DNA from: an uncultured archaeon
Lineage (GTDB): Archaea > Iainarchaeota > Iainarchaeia > Iainarchaeales > JAAZKV01
DNA length: 64,000 nucleotides
Direction: 5' to 3'
Assembly (NCBI GenBank): GCA_964549775.1
Contig: CAZJVN010000001.1
Span: 21,028-85,027, forward strand
The notes below the pieces were generated by a model, which did no database searches, was not told the DNA's origin, and saw nothing but the letters and a program-made list of their open reading frames with translations. Of the stretch, positions 47,627-56,888 are shown piece by piece; positions within the stretch are counted from its first letter, which is position 1, and the number at the start of each line of letters is the position of its first letter. The position numbers and the translations under genes were made by a program.

Positions 47627-48172
47627 TTATTTTTTTAACGAGTCTTCATAAACTTGTTTTATTGCAGACAAATTTTTTTCAAGCATTGTTCCTTTTGAAC
47701 CCATTTGTTGTTTGATTGCATTTTCTAGGGACTCTATTGTTACTTCTTTTGTTAATGCACTAAATGCTCCAAGTGCAGCAATATTTACAAAAGGTTTTCC
47801 TATTTTACTTATTGCAATTGCTGAAATATCTACACACTTTATTTTTGCTTTTGTATTTAATTTAAATTCTTCCGGTTTTTTATGAGAATTAATTATTATT
47901 AAATCACTAATATTTTCAGTTAATCCGTTTAGAAGTGTTGCATCAAGCACTATTGCATAATTTGCGTCATAAACTTGTTCTCTAAGAGTAATTTTTTTCT
48001 CATCAATTCTTGCATAACTTCTTACGGGGGCCCCAGTTCTTTCTACTCCAAAATTTGGAAAAGCTTGAGAATGTTTTTTGTCAAAGAACGCTGCTATCGC
48101 TATTATTTGTGAACTTGTAACAGCTCCTTGCCCCCCTCTTCCTAGTACTATTATTTGTTTCATTTTTTGCAT
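47627..48172 (-). CDS. porG: Pyruvate:ferredoxin oxidoreductase gamma subunit
   Basis: 181 aa. ..IVLGRGGQGAVTSSQI.. (GxGGQG) motif of POR gamma. First gene of porGDAB. Confidence 0.8.
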   Translation of the reverse strand: MQKMKQIIVLGRGGQGAVTSSQIIAIAAFFDKKHSQAFPNFGVERTGAPVRSYARIDEKKITLREQVYDANYAIVLDATLLNGLTENISDLIIINSHKKPEEFKLNTKAKIKCVDISAIAISKIGKPFVNIAALGAFSALTKEVTIESLENAIKQQMGSKGTMLEKNLSAIKQVYEDSLKK

Positions 48173-48291
48173 CTCAATTTGTTTAACTTAATAAAAAGAA
48201 AATATCAACAAACCTTTAAAAATTAAACTAACGAACAAGACTTCGTCAATTGTACTATGCTTTTATTTTTTTAAATTTATAAAAAAAATAA

Positions 48292-49092
48292 TTATAACTT
48301 AATTTTTGTAGAAATTAATTCTTTTCCAAGTAGTGCTTTTTCTAAATTTCCTTTTGTAAATAAATTAAATATTTGTGCTTCGCTTCCATTTAGTTGTTCT
48401 GCTAATTTTTCTAGTTTTCCTTTCATCCCACCAGTTACATCAACTGAATTTGATTCGCTCGCCATTTTTATTACTTCATTAAAATTTTCTTTATTAATTT
48501 CTTTTATTAACTTTGCAGCAGGATTAATTTTTGGGTCAGCAGTATAAATTCCATTCACATCAGTCCCTAATAGTATTTTGTCAGGTTTCATTAATTTTGT
48601 TATTTGTGCAATTGCTGTATCTCCACTCATTACACTCCATTTTAGTGTTCTGTCTTTTACCATTATTCCTGTTGTTATTGGAATCTCTCCTCCACGCAAT
48701 GCTTTTTCATACTCTTCTATTTCATAAGTTATTACTTTTTTGTTATCTTGTTTACAAACCCAATAACCTGGTATGTGTCTTGTTTTTAGTTTTTGTTTTT
48801 CAAGTGTTTCTATTACTTGGTCAGCAACATAATCGCAATCTTTAATTGTTTTTTCAGTCCCTTCTTCTTGCTTTTTTGTTTTTATTCCATCATTTAAGTC
48901 ATATTCTTTTACATTTGTGTGACCAAATGGACCAACCCCACAAATAATAATTAAATTAAAATCTCTTTCTTTTAGCGCGAATGCAATTTCTTTTGCTGCA
49001 TCATCTATCACAGCAATATTCATTTCAAATTTGTTGTCAGCTTTTTTGGTTATTGAAGAACCACCAAGTTTTAATAAAATTAATTCTTTCAT
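48292..49092 (-). CDS. ipk: Isopentenyl phosphate kinase (IPK; amino-acid-kinase fold)
   Basis: 266 aa. ..LLKLGGSSITKK.. and ..ICGVGPFGH.. match IPK. Confidence 0.8.
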   Translation of the reverse strand: MKELILLKLGGSSITKKADNKFEMNIAVIDDAAKEIAFALKERDFNLIIICGVGPFGHTNVKEYDLNDGIKTKKQEEGTEKTIKDCDYVADQVIETLEKQKLKTRHIPGYWVCKQDNKKVITYEIEEYEKALRGGEIPITTGIMVKDRTLKWSVMSGDTAIAQITKLMKPDKILLGTDVNGIYTADPKINPAAKLIKEINKENFNEVIKMASESNSVDVTGGMKGKLEKLAEQLNGSEAQIFNLFTKGNLEKALLGKELISTKIKL

Positions 49093-49122
49093 CCACCCAC
49101 CAAATTTAATTTAAAAAAATAG

Positions 49123-49515
49123 TTATTCTAAAATTATTTTTGCGCTAGTCGCATTAACAATTACTTTTTGTCCGTTTTTTATTTTTGAAATATCAATTTT
49201 GTCTACACATGGAATTTCCGAAATAATTGCCCCCACTGCAACTATTGTTTCGCATTCTTTATTTATTAATGCGATTGGTGCTGTTCCTTGTTTTTTCATT
49301 CTGTAAAGCGCGTAACTTCCAACAGTTGAACCTTTTCCTTGTGGGAAAACTAAAATTTTTCCACTAATACTTTTTCCTTCAAGTTCGTGTCCTTTTTCTG
49401 TAACTACTCCGTTCGCAGGATCTACTCCTCCAAAGAAACTTATTCCTTGTGTGGTGACAAGTGCTTCCCCTTCTGCATTCCCTTTACAAATTTTTCTTCC
49501 AATCATTTCAACCAT
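49123..49515 (-). CDS. AcnX-type small subunit (DUF126 swivel domain), inferred phosphomevalonate dehydratase small subunit
   Basis: About 130 aa. G-rich core ..GGVDPANGVV..GKILVFPQGKGSTVGSYALYRM.. matches DUF126. Adjacent to the DUF521 gene. Confidence 0.7.
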   Translation of the reverse strand: MVEMIGRKICKGNAEGEALVTTQGISFFGGVDPANGVVTEKGHELEGKSISGKILVFPQGKGSTVGSYALYRMKKQGTAPIALINKECETIVAVGAIISEIPCVDKIDISKIKNGQKVIVNATSAKIILE

Positions 49516-49553
49516 AAAATTCACTTTTTTTATTTACCAAAAATTAATTTAAT

Positions 49554-50729
49554 TTATTTACATGCCTCTTCAACTAACTTTTCTAAAGGAAGAATTTTTG
49601 TTTTTGATTGATTTTTTGAGTATGCGTAGTAGCACCCTTTTGCCGAGTCTGTTGCAAGGCATTTGAATCTTCCTTTTATTGGAGCCACTACACAACAAGT
49701 GTCTGCTGCAAATTTTGCTCCAGCTGCTTCAATTATTTTAGAGTACCCTGCGGTGTCAGCTATTCTTTTTGTTGGTCTTGCTGTAGTTATCCAAAATTCT
49801 TTTGTAACTTTTTTTCCTTTTAAAAGTTCTGCCACTTTTGCTATTTCATTTATACTTGCGTGTGGGCAACCAATACTTACAAAATCCACTTCACAATCAT
49901 CCATTGTCATTTCTTTTAATGCTTTATCAATATCTTCTCTTATTACTATCATTTCTTCTTTGGGAGTAGGAGTTTTGTTTGGAGTTATTCCTTTTATGTG
50001 GAAAATTGCTGCACCCCCATAAGTTGCAATACTTGCTGAAAAAGATTTTAGTTCTTCAATTGTAGCTTCTTTTATTCCTATAATTAAAACTGGTTTTGCT
50101 TTTACTTTTTCCCCAATTACTTTCCCAAGGGCTCCAAATTCGTTTGTTCCTTTTATTTTTGCTTTTAATTTTACTTTTATTTGTGCATTTCTATTTTCAT
50201 CTAAATGCATTCCATAAAGCGGGGTCTTTCCAGTTAATGCACTTGCAAGTGCACTTGGTCCACCTTCTCTATTTGTTTTTGCTCCAAGAACTGAATTTGC
50301 ATACGCTACTGCGCTACTTTCACTCCAAGCAATGTGTTGACCAAAGTGAGGATTGTTTCCAATTAAGTATGGGGTACAAGTACAAGTTGGTAGTACTCCC
50401 ATTTTTGTAAATGCGTCTATTACTAATTTTTGTTTTACTGCAAAATCTTCACTTATTCCAAGTGCTTGGTAATTTTCTAAATCCATTCCTGCAGGGTTTA
50501 ATGTTGTTAATACTCTCACTTTTCCATCTTTTGCTAAGTCATCTAAAAATTCTAGCCCAGCGTCTCCTAAATTGTCATAACTTACTCCTGCAATTTGTAC
50601 ACTAGTTACATCGACTAAATTCTTTGCCCCATAAATTTCTCCTAAGGCGACAAGTATTTCCATACTTTTTCTTAGCGCGGGTCCGTTTTTTCCTTCAAGC
50701 ATTTTTTGTTCGGCTTTTGTTAATTCCAT
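49554..50729 (-). CDS. AcnX-type large subunit (DUF521, aconitase-X), inferred phosphomevalonate dehydratase large subunit
   Basis: 391 aa, Cys-containing aconitase-like core (..TCTCTPY.., ..SIGCPHAS..). Genomic context between the UbiD-like decarboxylase and IPK. Confidence 0.75.
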   Translation of the reverse strand: MELTKAEQKMLEGKNGPALRKSMEILVALGEIYGAKNLVDVTSVQIAGVSYDNLGDAGLEFLDDLAKDGKVRVLTTLNPAGMDLENYQALGISEDFAVKQKLVIDAFTKMGVLPTCTCTPYLIGNNPHFGQHIAWSESSAVAYANSVLGAKTNREGGPSALASALTGKTPLYGMHLDENRNAQIKVKLKAKIKGTNEFGALGKVIGEKVKAKPVLIIGIKEATIEELKSFSASIATYGGAAIFHIKGITPNKTPTPKEEMIVIREDIDKALKEMTMDDCEVDFVSIGCPHASINEIAKVAELLKGKKVTKEFWITTARPTKRIADTAGYSKIIEAAGAKFAADTCCVVAPIKGRFKCLATDSAKGCYYAYSKNQSKTKILPLEKLVEEACK

Positions 50730-50774
50730 TTTTTCACCAATTCAATTTTTAAAAACCATCATTAAATTTATTTT

Positions 50775-52049
50775 CTATAAATAATCTTTTATGTTATATT
50801 TTGGAAATTCGGTTCTTGTCATTTTTGCAACTTTGTCTAGTCTCATTGTTAAATCAAATCCTGCTTTTGCTGTTTCTCTTGTTATTTGGTCTGCACTTGC
50901 ATCAAGTGAAGATCCTTTTTGTTTTGTGAATAAATAAAAGTTTTTGTCCGCTTGGAAACGTGTAGCCATTGCCCACTCTACTTCTAAAGGGTCATAAATA
51001 TTTATGTCTTTATCCACGATGAAAAAATGTTTTCCTGATGTGTGTCCTTTCATTGCTGCATCAATTGCTTTTTTCCCATCTTCTTCATTTTGTTTATTAA
51101 TTTTTACAATCACGTGAAACCATGAGCTTCCGCCAGGATTAACACTCACGTCAATTACATCTACCCCTGCTTTTTTTACACAATCAAATACTGTTGGTTC
51201 TCTTGGCATCCCCATTAGAATTTTATGTTCAAATCCTCCTGGTAAGAGTGCGTGGTAAATATAATTTGGTCTTACATAAATTTTGTCAACTGTAAAAACT
51301 GGTTCTTGTCTCACTATATCGCTTGTTCCTGTTAAATCAACAAATGATCCTTCAGCATGTTTTTCATTTAGTGATAAATTTCCTTCCATTATTATTTCTG
51401 CGTCAGAGGGAAGTATTGCGTCAAAAGTTTTTGCTTTAATTACTTCAATCGGTTTAATTGAATTGGCAATTTCAAGTTCATTTACTCCTAAAGGTGGTGC
51501 CATTGCCGCAGCTAAAGCAGTTTCTCCTCCAATTCCAATACAATATGCTGCTCGCATTCCCCCATTATTTTTTTTCAACAACTCCATTGTATTTCTTTCA
51601 AGGATTCTAAGCGCAATTTTATTTTTTCCAATAATCATTCCTCTGTGATAACAAACATTTTGACCAACTACTGAATCTTTTACTATAATAATTCCACTTG
51701 AAATATATGCTCCCCCATCTTTTGAGGTGTGCGTTAAAATTGGTAATTTTTCTAAATCTACTTCAATTTCAGTATGATCGGTCGAATTAACTTCTTTTGG
51801 TTTTGTGGGGGCATTTAGTGCTTTAGTCATTATTGGTACAAGATCTTTTACCTCGCAACTTAAGTATTTTGCTACTTTTTCTTTTGAAGCGAAAACATTT
51901 GCAACTATTTTATTTTTTGATTCTTTTACATTTTCAAAAATTATGCTTTTGTCTCCAGCGGAGTAAATTATTCCACTCGCTTCTAAATTTTTTGAAACAG
52001 GCTTTGTTATTGTATAGTCCGCTTTTGTTACAAATTCTCTAAAACTCAT
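50775..52049 (-). CDS. UbiD-family decarboxylase, inferred trans-anhydromevalonate-5-phosphate decarboxylase
   Basis: About 425 aa UbiD fold (shorter than canonical UbiD), immediately downstream of UbiX. Context within the mevalonate operon. Confidence 0.7.
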   Translation of the reverse strand: MSFREFVTKADYTITKPVSKNLEASGIIYSAGDKSIIFENVKESKNKIVANVFASKEKVAKYLSCEVKDLVPIMTKALNAPTKPKEVNSTDHTEIEVDLEKLPILTHTSKDGGAYISSGIIIVKDSVVGQNVCYHRGMIIGKNKIALRILERNTMELLKKNNGGMRAAYCIGIGGETALAAAMAPPLGVNELEIANSIKPIEVIKAKTFDAILPSDAEIIMEGNLSLNEKHAEGSFVDLTGTSDIVRQEPVFTVDKIYVRPNYIYHALLPGGFEHKILMGMPREPTVFDCVKKAGVDVIDVSVNPGGSSWFHVIVKINKQNEEDGKKAIDAAMKGHTSGKHFFIVDKDINIYDPLEVEWAMATRFQADKNFYLFTKQKGSSLDASADQITRETAKAGFDLTMRLDKVAKMTRTEFPKYNIKDYL

Positions 52050-52071
52050 AAAAATCACCTTTAAACTAACA

Positions 52072-52629
52072 TTAAATCTTGTTCCATCTATTGAATTTGT
52101 TGTTAGAAACTCCTAATAAATCTAATGCTTTTCCAACAATAAAATCTTCAACATCTTCTATTTTTTTTGGTTTGTGATAAAACGCTGGACTCAAAGGAAA
52201 AATTATTGCGCCATATAAGGATAGTTTCCATAAATTTTCAAGTACAGGCCCACTTAGTGGAGTTTCTCTTACCCCAATTATTAATTTATTTCTTGTTTTG
52301 AGCATATTGTCTGAACATCTAGTAATTAGATTATTTGTGTGTGCGTGAAGTATTTCTGAAACTGTTTTTATTGATGCAGGAATAATTATCATTCCATCTA
52401 CTAAAAAGGAACTAGAGGATATGCTTGAGGATAAATCATCATTGGAATAATTTTTTGTTGCAAGTTTTTTTATTTGAGAAATTTTTGTTTTTGTTTCTTC
52501 TTTAATTACTTCATTAGCCCATTCGCTAATAATTAAGTGTGTCTCAATTTTTTTTTGTTTTAATTCCTTTAAAAGAGCCACTGCATAATTTGCTCCACTT
52601 GCTCCAGTTATTGCAATAATTATTTTCAT
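52072..52629 (-). CDS. ubiX: Flavin prenyltransferase UbiX (prenyl-FMN synthase)
   Basis: 185 aa. MKIIIAITGASGANYAVALLKEL.. flavoprotein N-terminus. Confidence 0.85.
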   Translation of the reverse strand: MKIIIAITGASGANYAVALLKELKQKKIETHLIISEWANEVIKEETKTKISQIKKLATKNYSNDDLSSSISSSSFLVDGMIIIPASIKTVSEILHAHTNNLITRCSDNMLKTRNKLIIGVRETPLSGPVLENLWKLSLYGAIIFPLSPAFYHKPKKIEDVEDFIVGKALDLLGVSNNKFNRWNKI

Positions 52630-52639
52630 AAAAATAATT

Positions 52640-53584
52640 TTAATTTATTTTTACTTTTATTGAATTGTAATTTTTTGCAGAGTACATTGTCATTAGTTTA
52701 TCTTGTTGTGCTTCATTGTAACACAATATTAGAACATTTCCGCCCATTCCTGCCCCAGTTATTTTTGCTCCTCGTGCATTTTCATAACTAGCAATTTTTA
52801 TTATTTCATCTATTTCTTTTGTTGAAATATTTAGTTCTTTTAATAATAAGTGATTTTGATTCATTAGTTTTCCAATCTCTTCTACTCCGCCGAATTGAAC
52901 TTCTTTTTTTGCCTTAGTTACAATACTTTTGTATTCTAAAAATAATTTTTCATATTTTTTTGGATTCTTTTCTTTGTCTTCTTTTACCATTTGAACTGCT
53001 TGTTTAGTATCATGTTTTATCCCTGTGTCAACTAATAAACATAAAAGTGCTTTTCCACATTTAAATGGACGAATTATGTTTTCTCCACCTTTCATATTTT
53101 TTTCAAACCATATTACTGTCCCATACGTTGCGCAAGAGTTATCTATCCCGCTTGGGTTTCCATGATTTATTTTTTCTGCTCTAAAAGCAGCTTCATTAAT
53201 TTTGTCTTGTTTCCACCCTAAATCAAATATTTGGTTTAATGCTCCCGCCATTGCTACTGATAGTGCTGCTGAGTAACCTAACCCTCCTCCAGCAGGTAGA
53301 TTTGCATTAATGTTTATTTTTAGTCCTTCGAGTTTTAAAAATTCTTCTCCTTCAAGTATCGCTTTTAGTATTTTTGATTTTATGTGATCAGGTTGTTCTT
53401 TTAGTGAAACTTTTTCTTTGAATATTTTATCATCAAATATCACATCATTAGAATCTTTTAGTTGTTGTATTTCTACTTCTACATATTTATCTATCCCTGC
53501 GGCAATCCCGGGTAAACCATAAACTACAAAGTGTTCTCCAAAAAGAATTACTTTTCCATACCCTTTTGCTTTTGAGCTAGCCAT
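52640..53584 (-). CDS. mvk: Mevalonate kinase (GHMP kinase)
   Basis: ..KVILFGEHFVVYG.. and GHMP motif PAGGGLGYSAA. Confidence 0.85.
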   Translation of the reverse strand: MASSKAKGYGKVILFGEHFVVYGLPGIAAGIDKYVEVEIQQLKDSNDVIFDDKIFKEKVSLKEQPDHIKSKILKAILEGEEFLKLEGLKININANLPAGGGLGYSAALSVAMAGALNQIFDLGWKQDKINEAAFRAEKINHGNPSGIDNSCATYGTVIWFEKNMKGGENIIRPFKCGKALLCLLVDTGIKHDTKQAVQMVKEDKEKNPKKYEKLFLEYKSIVTKAKKEVQFGGVEEIGKLMNQNHLLLKELNISTKEIDEIIKIASYENARGAKITGAGMGGNVLILCYNEAQQDKLMTMYSAKNYNSIKVKIN

Positions 53585-53689
53585 AATTTGTTACCTACTA
53601 ATATTATTGAATTTAATGTTTATAAAAGTGCCTTTGAAAAAATTAATTAAAGGCAAAATAATTTTGAAATAACTTTAAAATTGATTTTT

Positions 53690-54094
53690 TTAGAATTTTG
53701 GAATGAATTTTGTTCCATAGTGAATTATTCCTTTTTGTCCACTTTTATAGAATTTTCTAAATACTGCTTCAACTTCTTGTCCAATTTTTAGTTCTTCATA
53801 TTTGCAATCAATTACTTGCCCAGTTATTTTTGCTCCTTCTTTTAATTCAATTATTGCTACACAGTATGGAGCCATTTGGGAGAATACTTCTGGACCAGAA
53901 TGAACTTGAGTGTAAGAAATTATTTTTCCGCTTCCAGAAAAATCCATTTCTGCATAATCTAAATTTCCGCAAGTACACATTCCTTTTTTTTCAAAATATG
54001 TTGCCCCGCATTTTGTGCATTTATACCCGCGTAATTTGTATCGGTCGTTGTAATTTCGCCATCTTAGTATTGGACTTTCTCGGAACATATTCAT
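53690..54094 (-). CDS. DUF35 OB-fold/Zn-ribbon protein (scaffold of archaeal thiolase/HMGCS complex)
   Basis: 134 aa. Zn ribbon CTKCGATYFEKKGMCTCGN and C-terminal OB fold. Confidence 0.75.
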   Translation of the reverse strand: MNMFRESPILRWRNYNDRYKLRGYKCTKCGATYFEKKGMCTCGNLDYAEMDFSGSGKIISYTQVHSGPEVFSQMAPYCVAIIELKEGAKITGQVIDCKYEELKIGQEVEAVFRKFYKSGQKGIIHYGTKFIPKF

Positions 54095-54131
54095 TTCACC
54101 ATTTTAATTTTTTCAAAATTTAAAATCAATC

Positions 54132-54335
54132 CTAGTATTTTCTTTTATATTCACTTCTTTTTACAAGTGGTTCTTCAGCAGCTTTTGCTTCTCTCCACTT
54201 TTTTGCTCGTAAATATAATGGTTCGTTATCTTCTTGTATTTCTTTTTCTTCAAGAGTTTTTCCCAGTCTAACCACTGGTTCTTCTTCTGTTTGTTTTGCT
54301 TTGAATGCTGACTTAACTCTATCTAGTATTCCCAT
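54132..54335 (-). CDS. Small basic hypothetical protein (67 aa) between thiolase and DUF35 genes
   Basis: MGILDRVKSAFKAKQTEEEPVVRLGK..LYLRAKKWREAKAAEEPLVKRSEYKRKY. Fills most of a 282-nt gap inside an otherwise tightly packed operon. Confidence 0.4.
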   Translation of the reverse strand: MGILDRVKSAFKAKQTEEEPVVRLGKTLEEKEIQEDNEPLYLRAKKWREAKAAEEPLVKRSEYKRKY

Positions 54336-54376
54336 AAAATCACCCTTTATGAAAATTTTGTCTTCATAAAAATAAT

Positions 54377-55531
54377 TTATTTCATTCTCTTAAACACGTG
54401 TATGCAAGCTGTTGCTCCGCTTCCACCAACGTTGTGTGTTACTCCTATTTTTGCATCTTTTACTTGTCTTTTTCCGGCTTCTCCTCGAAGTTGTGTTGTT
54501 GCTTCAATTGCTTGTTTAATTCCTGTTGCTCCTACTGGATGTCCGCATGCTTTTAATCCACCAGAAGTATTTACTGGGTGACTAGCATCAAAGTAAGTTT
54601 GTTTTTCTTTGTAAAGTTTTCTTGCTTCTCCGTGTTTTGCAAGGGCTAGTGCTTCTACTGCGTATATTTCTGCTATTGAAAAACAATCATGCACTTCTGC
54701 AAATGAAATATCTTTTGGAGTAATTTTTGCTTGAGCATAAGCTGATTCTGCTGCTATTCTTCCTGCTTTTATTTCTAAGAGTGATTCTCTTCTTGCAAGT
54801 GAGAGTGTGTCTGTTGCAAGAGCTGAAGCTGTAATGTAAACTTCGCTTCCCATTTTTTTTGCCACAGTTTCGTTTGCAATAATTATTGTTGCTGCTCCGT
54901 CTGTTATTGGTGAACAATCCATTAGTGTTAGTGGATCTGCTACCATTGTAGAATTTATTACATCGTCAAGGGTTAATTCGTTTTTGAATTGTGAGTAATC
55001 GTTTCTTGCTCCGTGGAAGTGATTTTTTACTGACACTTCTGCTAGTTCTTCTCTAGTTAAACCAAATTTGTGCATGTAAGCTTTTGCTAGTAATGCGTAA
55101 AGTCCTGGGAAAGTTAATCCATTGAATCCTTCAAGTTCTTCGTCTCCTGCTCCCATTAGTGCAGTTGTTACTTGCTCAGTAGAAACATCTGTCATTTTTT
55201 CTACTCCATTAACCATTACAATATTTGCTGCTCCGCTTTCAATTGCTTGCACTCCTTGTCTTAGTGCGATTGATCCAGAAGCACATGCTCCTTCTACTCT
55301 TATTGAGGGTTTGTCTAAATTTAGATTTTCAGTAGCCATTGCTCCAACGTGAAGTTGTCCTGAGAGTGAATCTCCACACATGTTTCCAGTAAACATTGAA
55401 TCGATTTGTTCTGGAACGATTTTTGCATCATTTAGTGCACGAAGTTGTGAGTCAAGTAATAATTCTCTAAGCCCTCTATCCCAAATTTCACCGAACTTGG
55501 TGATACCAATTCCTAAAACACCGACTTTCAT
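54377..55531 (-). CDS. Acetyl-CoA C-acetyltransferase (archaeal-type thiolase)
   Basis: MKVGVLGIGITKFGE.. start, catalytic Cys context (EGACASGS), C-terminal His/Cys thiolase motifs. Confidence 0.85.
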   Translation of the reverse strand: MKVGVLGIGITKFGEIWDRGLRELLLDSQLRALNDAKIVPEQIDSMFTGNMCGDSLSGQLHVGAMATENLNLDKPSIRVEGACASGSIALRQGVQAIESGAANIVMVNGVEKMTDVSTEQVTTALMGAGDEELEGFNGLTFPGLYALLAKAYMHKFGLTREELAEVSVKNHFHGARNDYSQFKNELTLDDVINSTMVADPLTLMDCSPITDGAATIIIANETVAKKMGSEVYITASALATDTLSLARRESLLEIKAGRIAAESAYAQAKITPKDISFAEVHDCFSIAEIYAVEALALAKHGEARKLYKEKQTYFDASHPVNTSGGLKACGHPVGATGIKQAIEATTQLRGEAGKRQVKDAKIGVTHNVGGSGATACIHVFKRMK

Positions 55532-55806
55532 TTTTTTTCACCTAATGAAATAAAAATATATGAAATTACTGGCATAATTAATAACATTATGTAATAGTTA
55601 ACTACTTGATTGATTGACGCACAATAATACTCACAAGAAGCAAATAATATTAACCAAGAATAATTTTGTTCACAAACAAATCCTGCAGGGACAACTCCAC
55701 AATATGTGAATAAGGATAATAAAACAAATAAAATTATCTCAACTATAACAATCCCCACAAAGACGAATGCTTTATTTTTTGTAATATTAAAATTCATAAT
55801 CATCAA
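55528..55806 (-). CDS. Small 3-TM membrane protein (92 aa) with Cys pairs, between HMGCS and thiolase
   Basis: Fills the 280-nt HMGCS-thiolase gap exactly, 4-nt ATGA overlap with thiolase start. Hydrophobic helices plus YCGVVPAGFVCEQ..SCEYYCAS. A chance 92-codon ORF is unlikely in DNA this AT-rich. Confidence 0.45.
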   Translation of the reverse strand: MMIMNFNITKNKAFVFVGIVIVEIILFVLLSLFTYCGVVPAGFVCEQNYSWLILFASCEYYCASINQVVNYYIMLLIMPVISYIFISLGEKK

Positions 55807-55810
55807 ATCC

Positions 55811-56860
55811 TTAATGTATTAACTCCATGTGTGATTCGTATTCTGGGTAGGTTAAGTATTCTTTTCTTTTTACATAGTCCTCTGTTGTTTTTGCTTTTTT
55901 TTGCGCAGCAGTGATTTTATCTGTTGCAGTAAAAATAAATGAATCGCTTCCAGATCCTGATCCATAAGATGTCACTAAAATTTTGTCGCCTGGTTTTGCA
56001 ATATCAAGTACACAAGTTAAACCAAGTATTGAACTTCCAGAGTAAGTGTTTCCTATTTTTGTTACAATTAATCCTGGATTAATTTGTTCTTTTGTTACCC
56101 CAAACATTTTTGCTACTCTAAGTGGAAATTTTCCGTTCGGCATGTGGAACACTACATATTTAAAATCAGTAATTTTCATTTTTGTTTTTTCTAAGATATT
56201 TTTTGTTGCATTTACTACGTGTTTAAAATATGCGGGTTCCCCAGTGAATCTCCCTGCATGACTTGGATATGGTTCTAGTGCCCTTCTCCAAAAATCTGGA
56301 GTATCTGATGTAAATGAAAGTGTTGCATCAAGTGTTGCAACTGCATCTTTGTTTTCTCCAATTATAAATGCTGCTCCGCCAGCGGCTGCAGAGTATTCTA
56401 GCGCGTTTCCTGGTTCGGCTTGACTAGTATCTGAACCAATACTTAAACCGTATTTTATCATTTTTGAATCAACTAGCCCTGCGTTTATTTGAATTGTTGC
56501 ACTTCCTGCTTTGCATGCAAACTGAGTGTCAAGAGCCGTGTAATTATTTCCAATATCAAGTGCTTCTCCAACAATTGAAGAAGTTGGTTTTACTGCATAA
56601 GGAGGAGATTCACTCCCAACATACACTGCTCCAATTTCTTTTCTGTTAATATTTGCTCTTAGTAATGCATTTCTTGCTGCAGCCACTGCAATAGTTGCTG
56701 TGTCCTCGTCTTTTCCTGGGACACTCTTTTCAACTAACCCAAGTCCGTTTTTTATTGATTCGGGTGTAGTATGTTGTACTTTTGCTATTTCTTCTACAGT
56801 TATTCTGTATTTTGGAATGTATGCTCCCCAACCAATTATTCCTGCCATGATATTATTCAC
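55811..56860 (-). CDS. Hydroxymethylglutaryl-CoA synthase (archaeal HMGCS)
   Basis: ..GIIGWGAYIPKYRI.., catalytic Cys context (TQFACKAGS), C-terminal GSGSGSD. Confidence 0.85.
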   Translation of the reverse strand: MNNIMAGIIGWGAYIPKYRITVEEIAKVQHTTPESIKNGLGLVEKSVPGKDEDTATIAVAAARNALLRANINRKEIGAVYVGSESPPYAVKPTSSIVGEALDIGNNYTALDTQFACKAGSATIQINAGLVDSKMIKYGLSIGSDTSQAEPGNALEYSAAAGGAAFIIGENKDAVATLDATLSFTSDTPDFWRRALEPYPSHAGRFTGEPAYFKHVVNATKNILEKTKMKITDFKYVVFHMPNGKFPLRVAKMFGVTKEQINPGLIVTKIGNTYSGSSILGLTCVLDIAKPGDKILVTSYGSGSGSDSFIFTATDKITAAQKKAKTTEDYVKRKEYLTYPEYESHMELIH

Positions 56861-56888
56861 TCTCTTTCGTTTTATAAGTCTAACTTTT

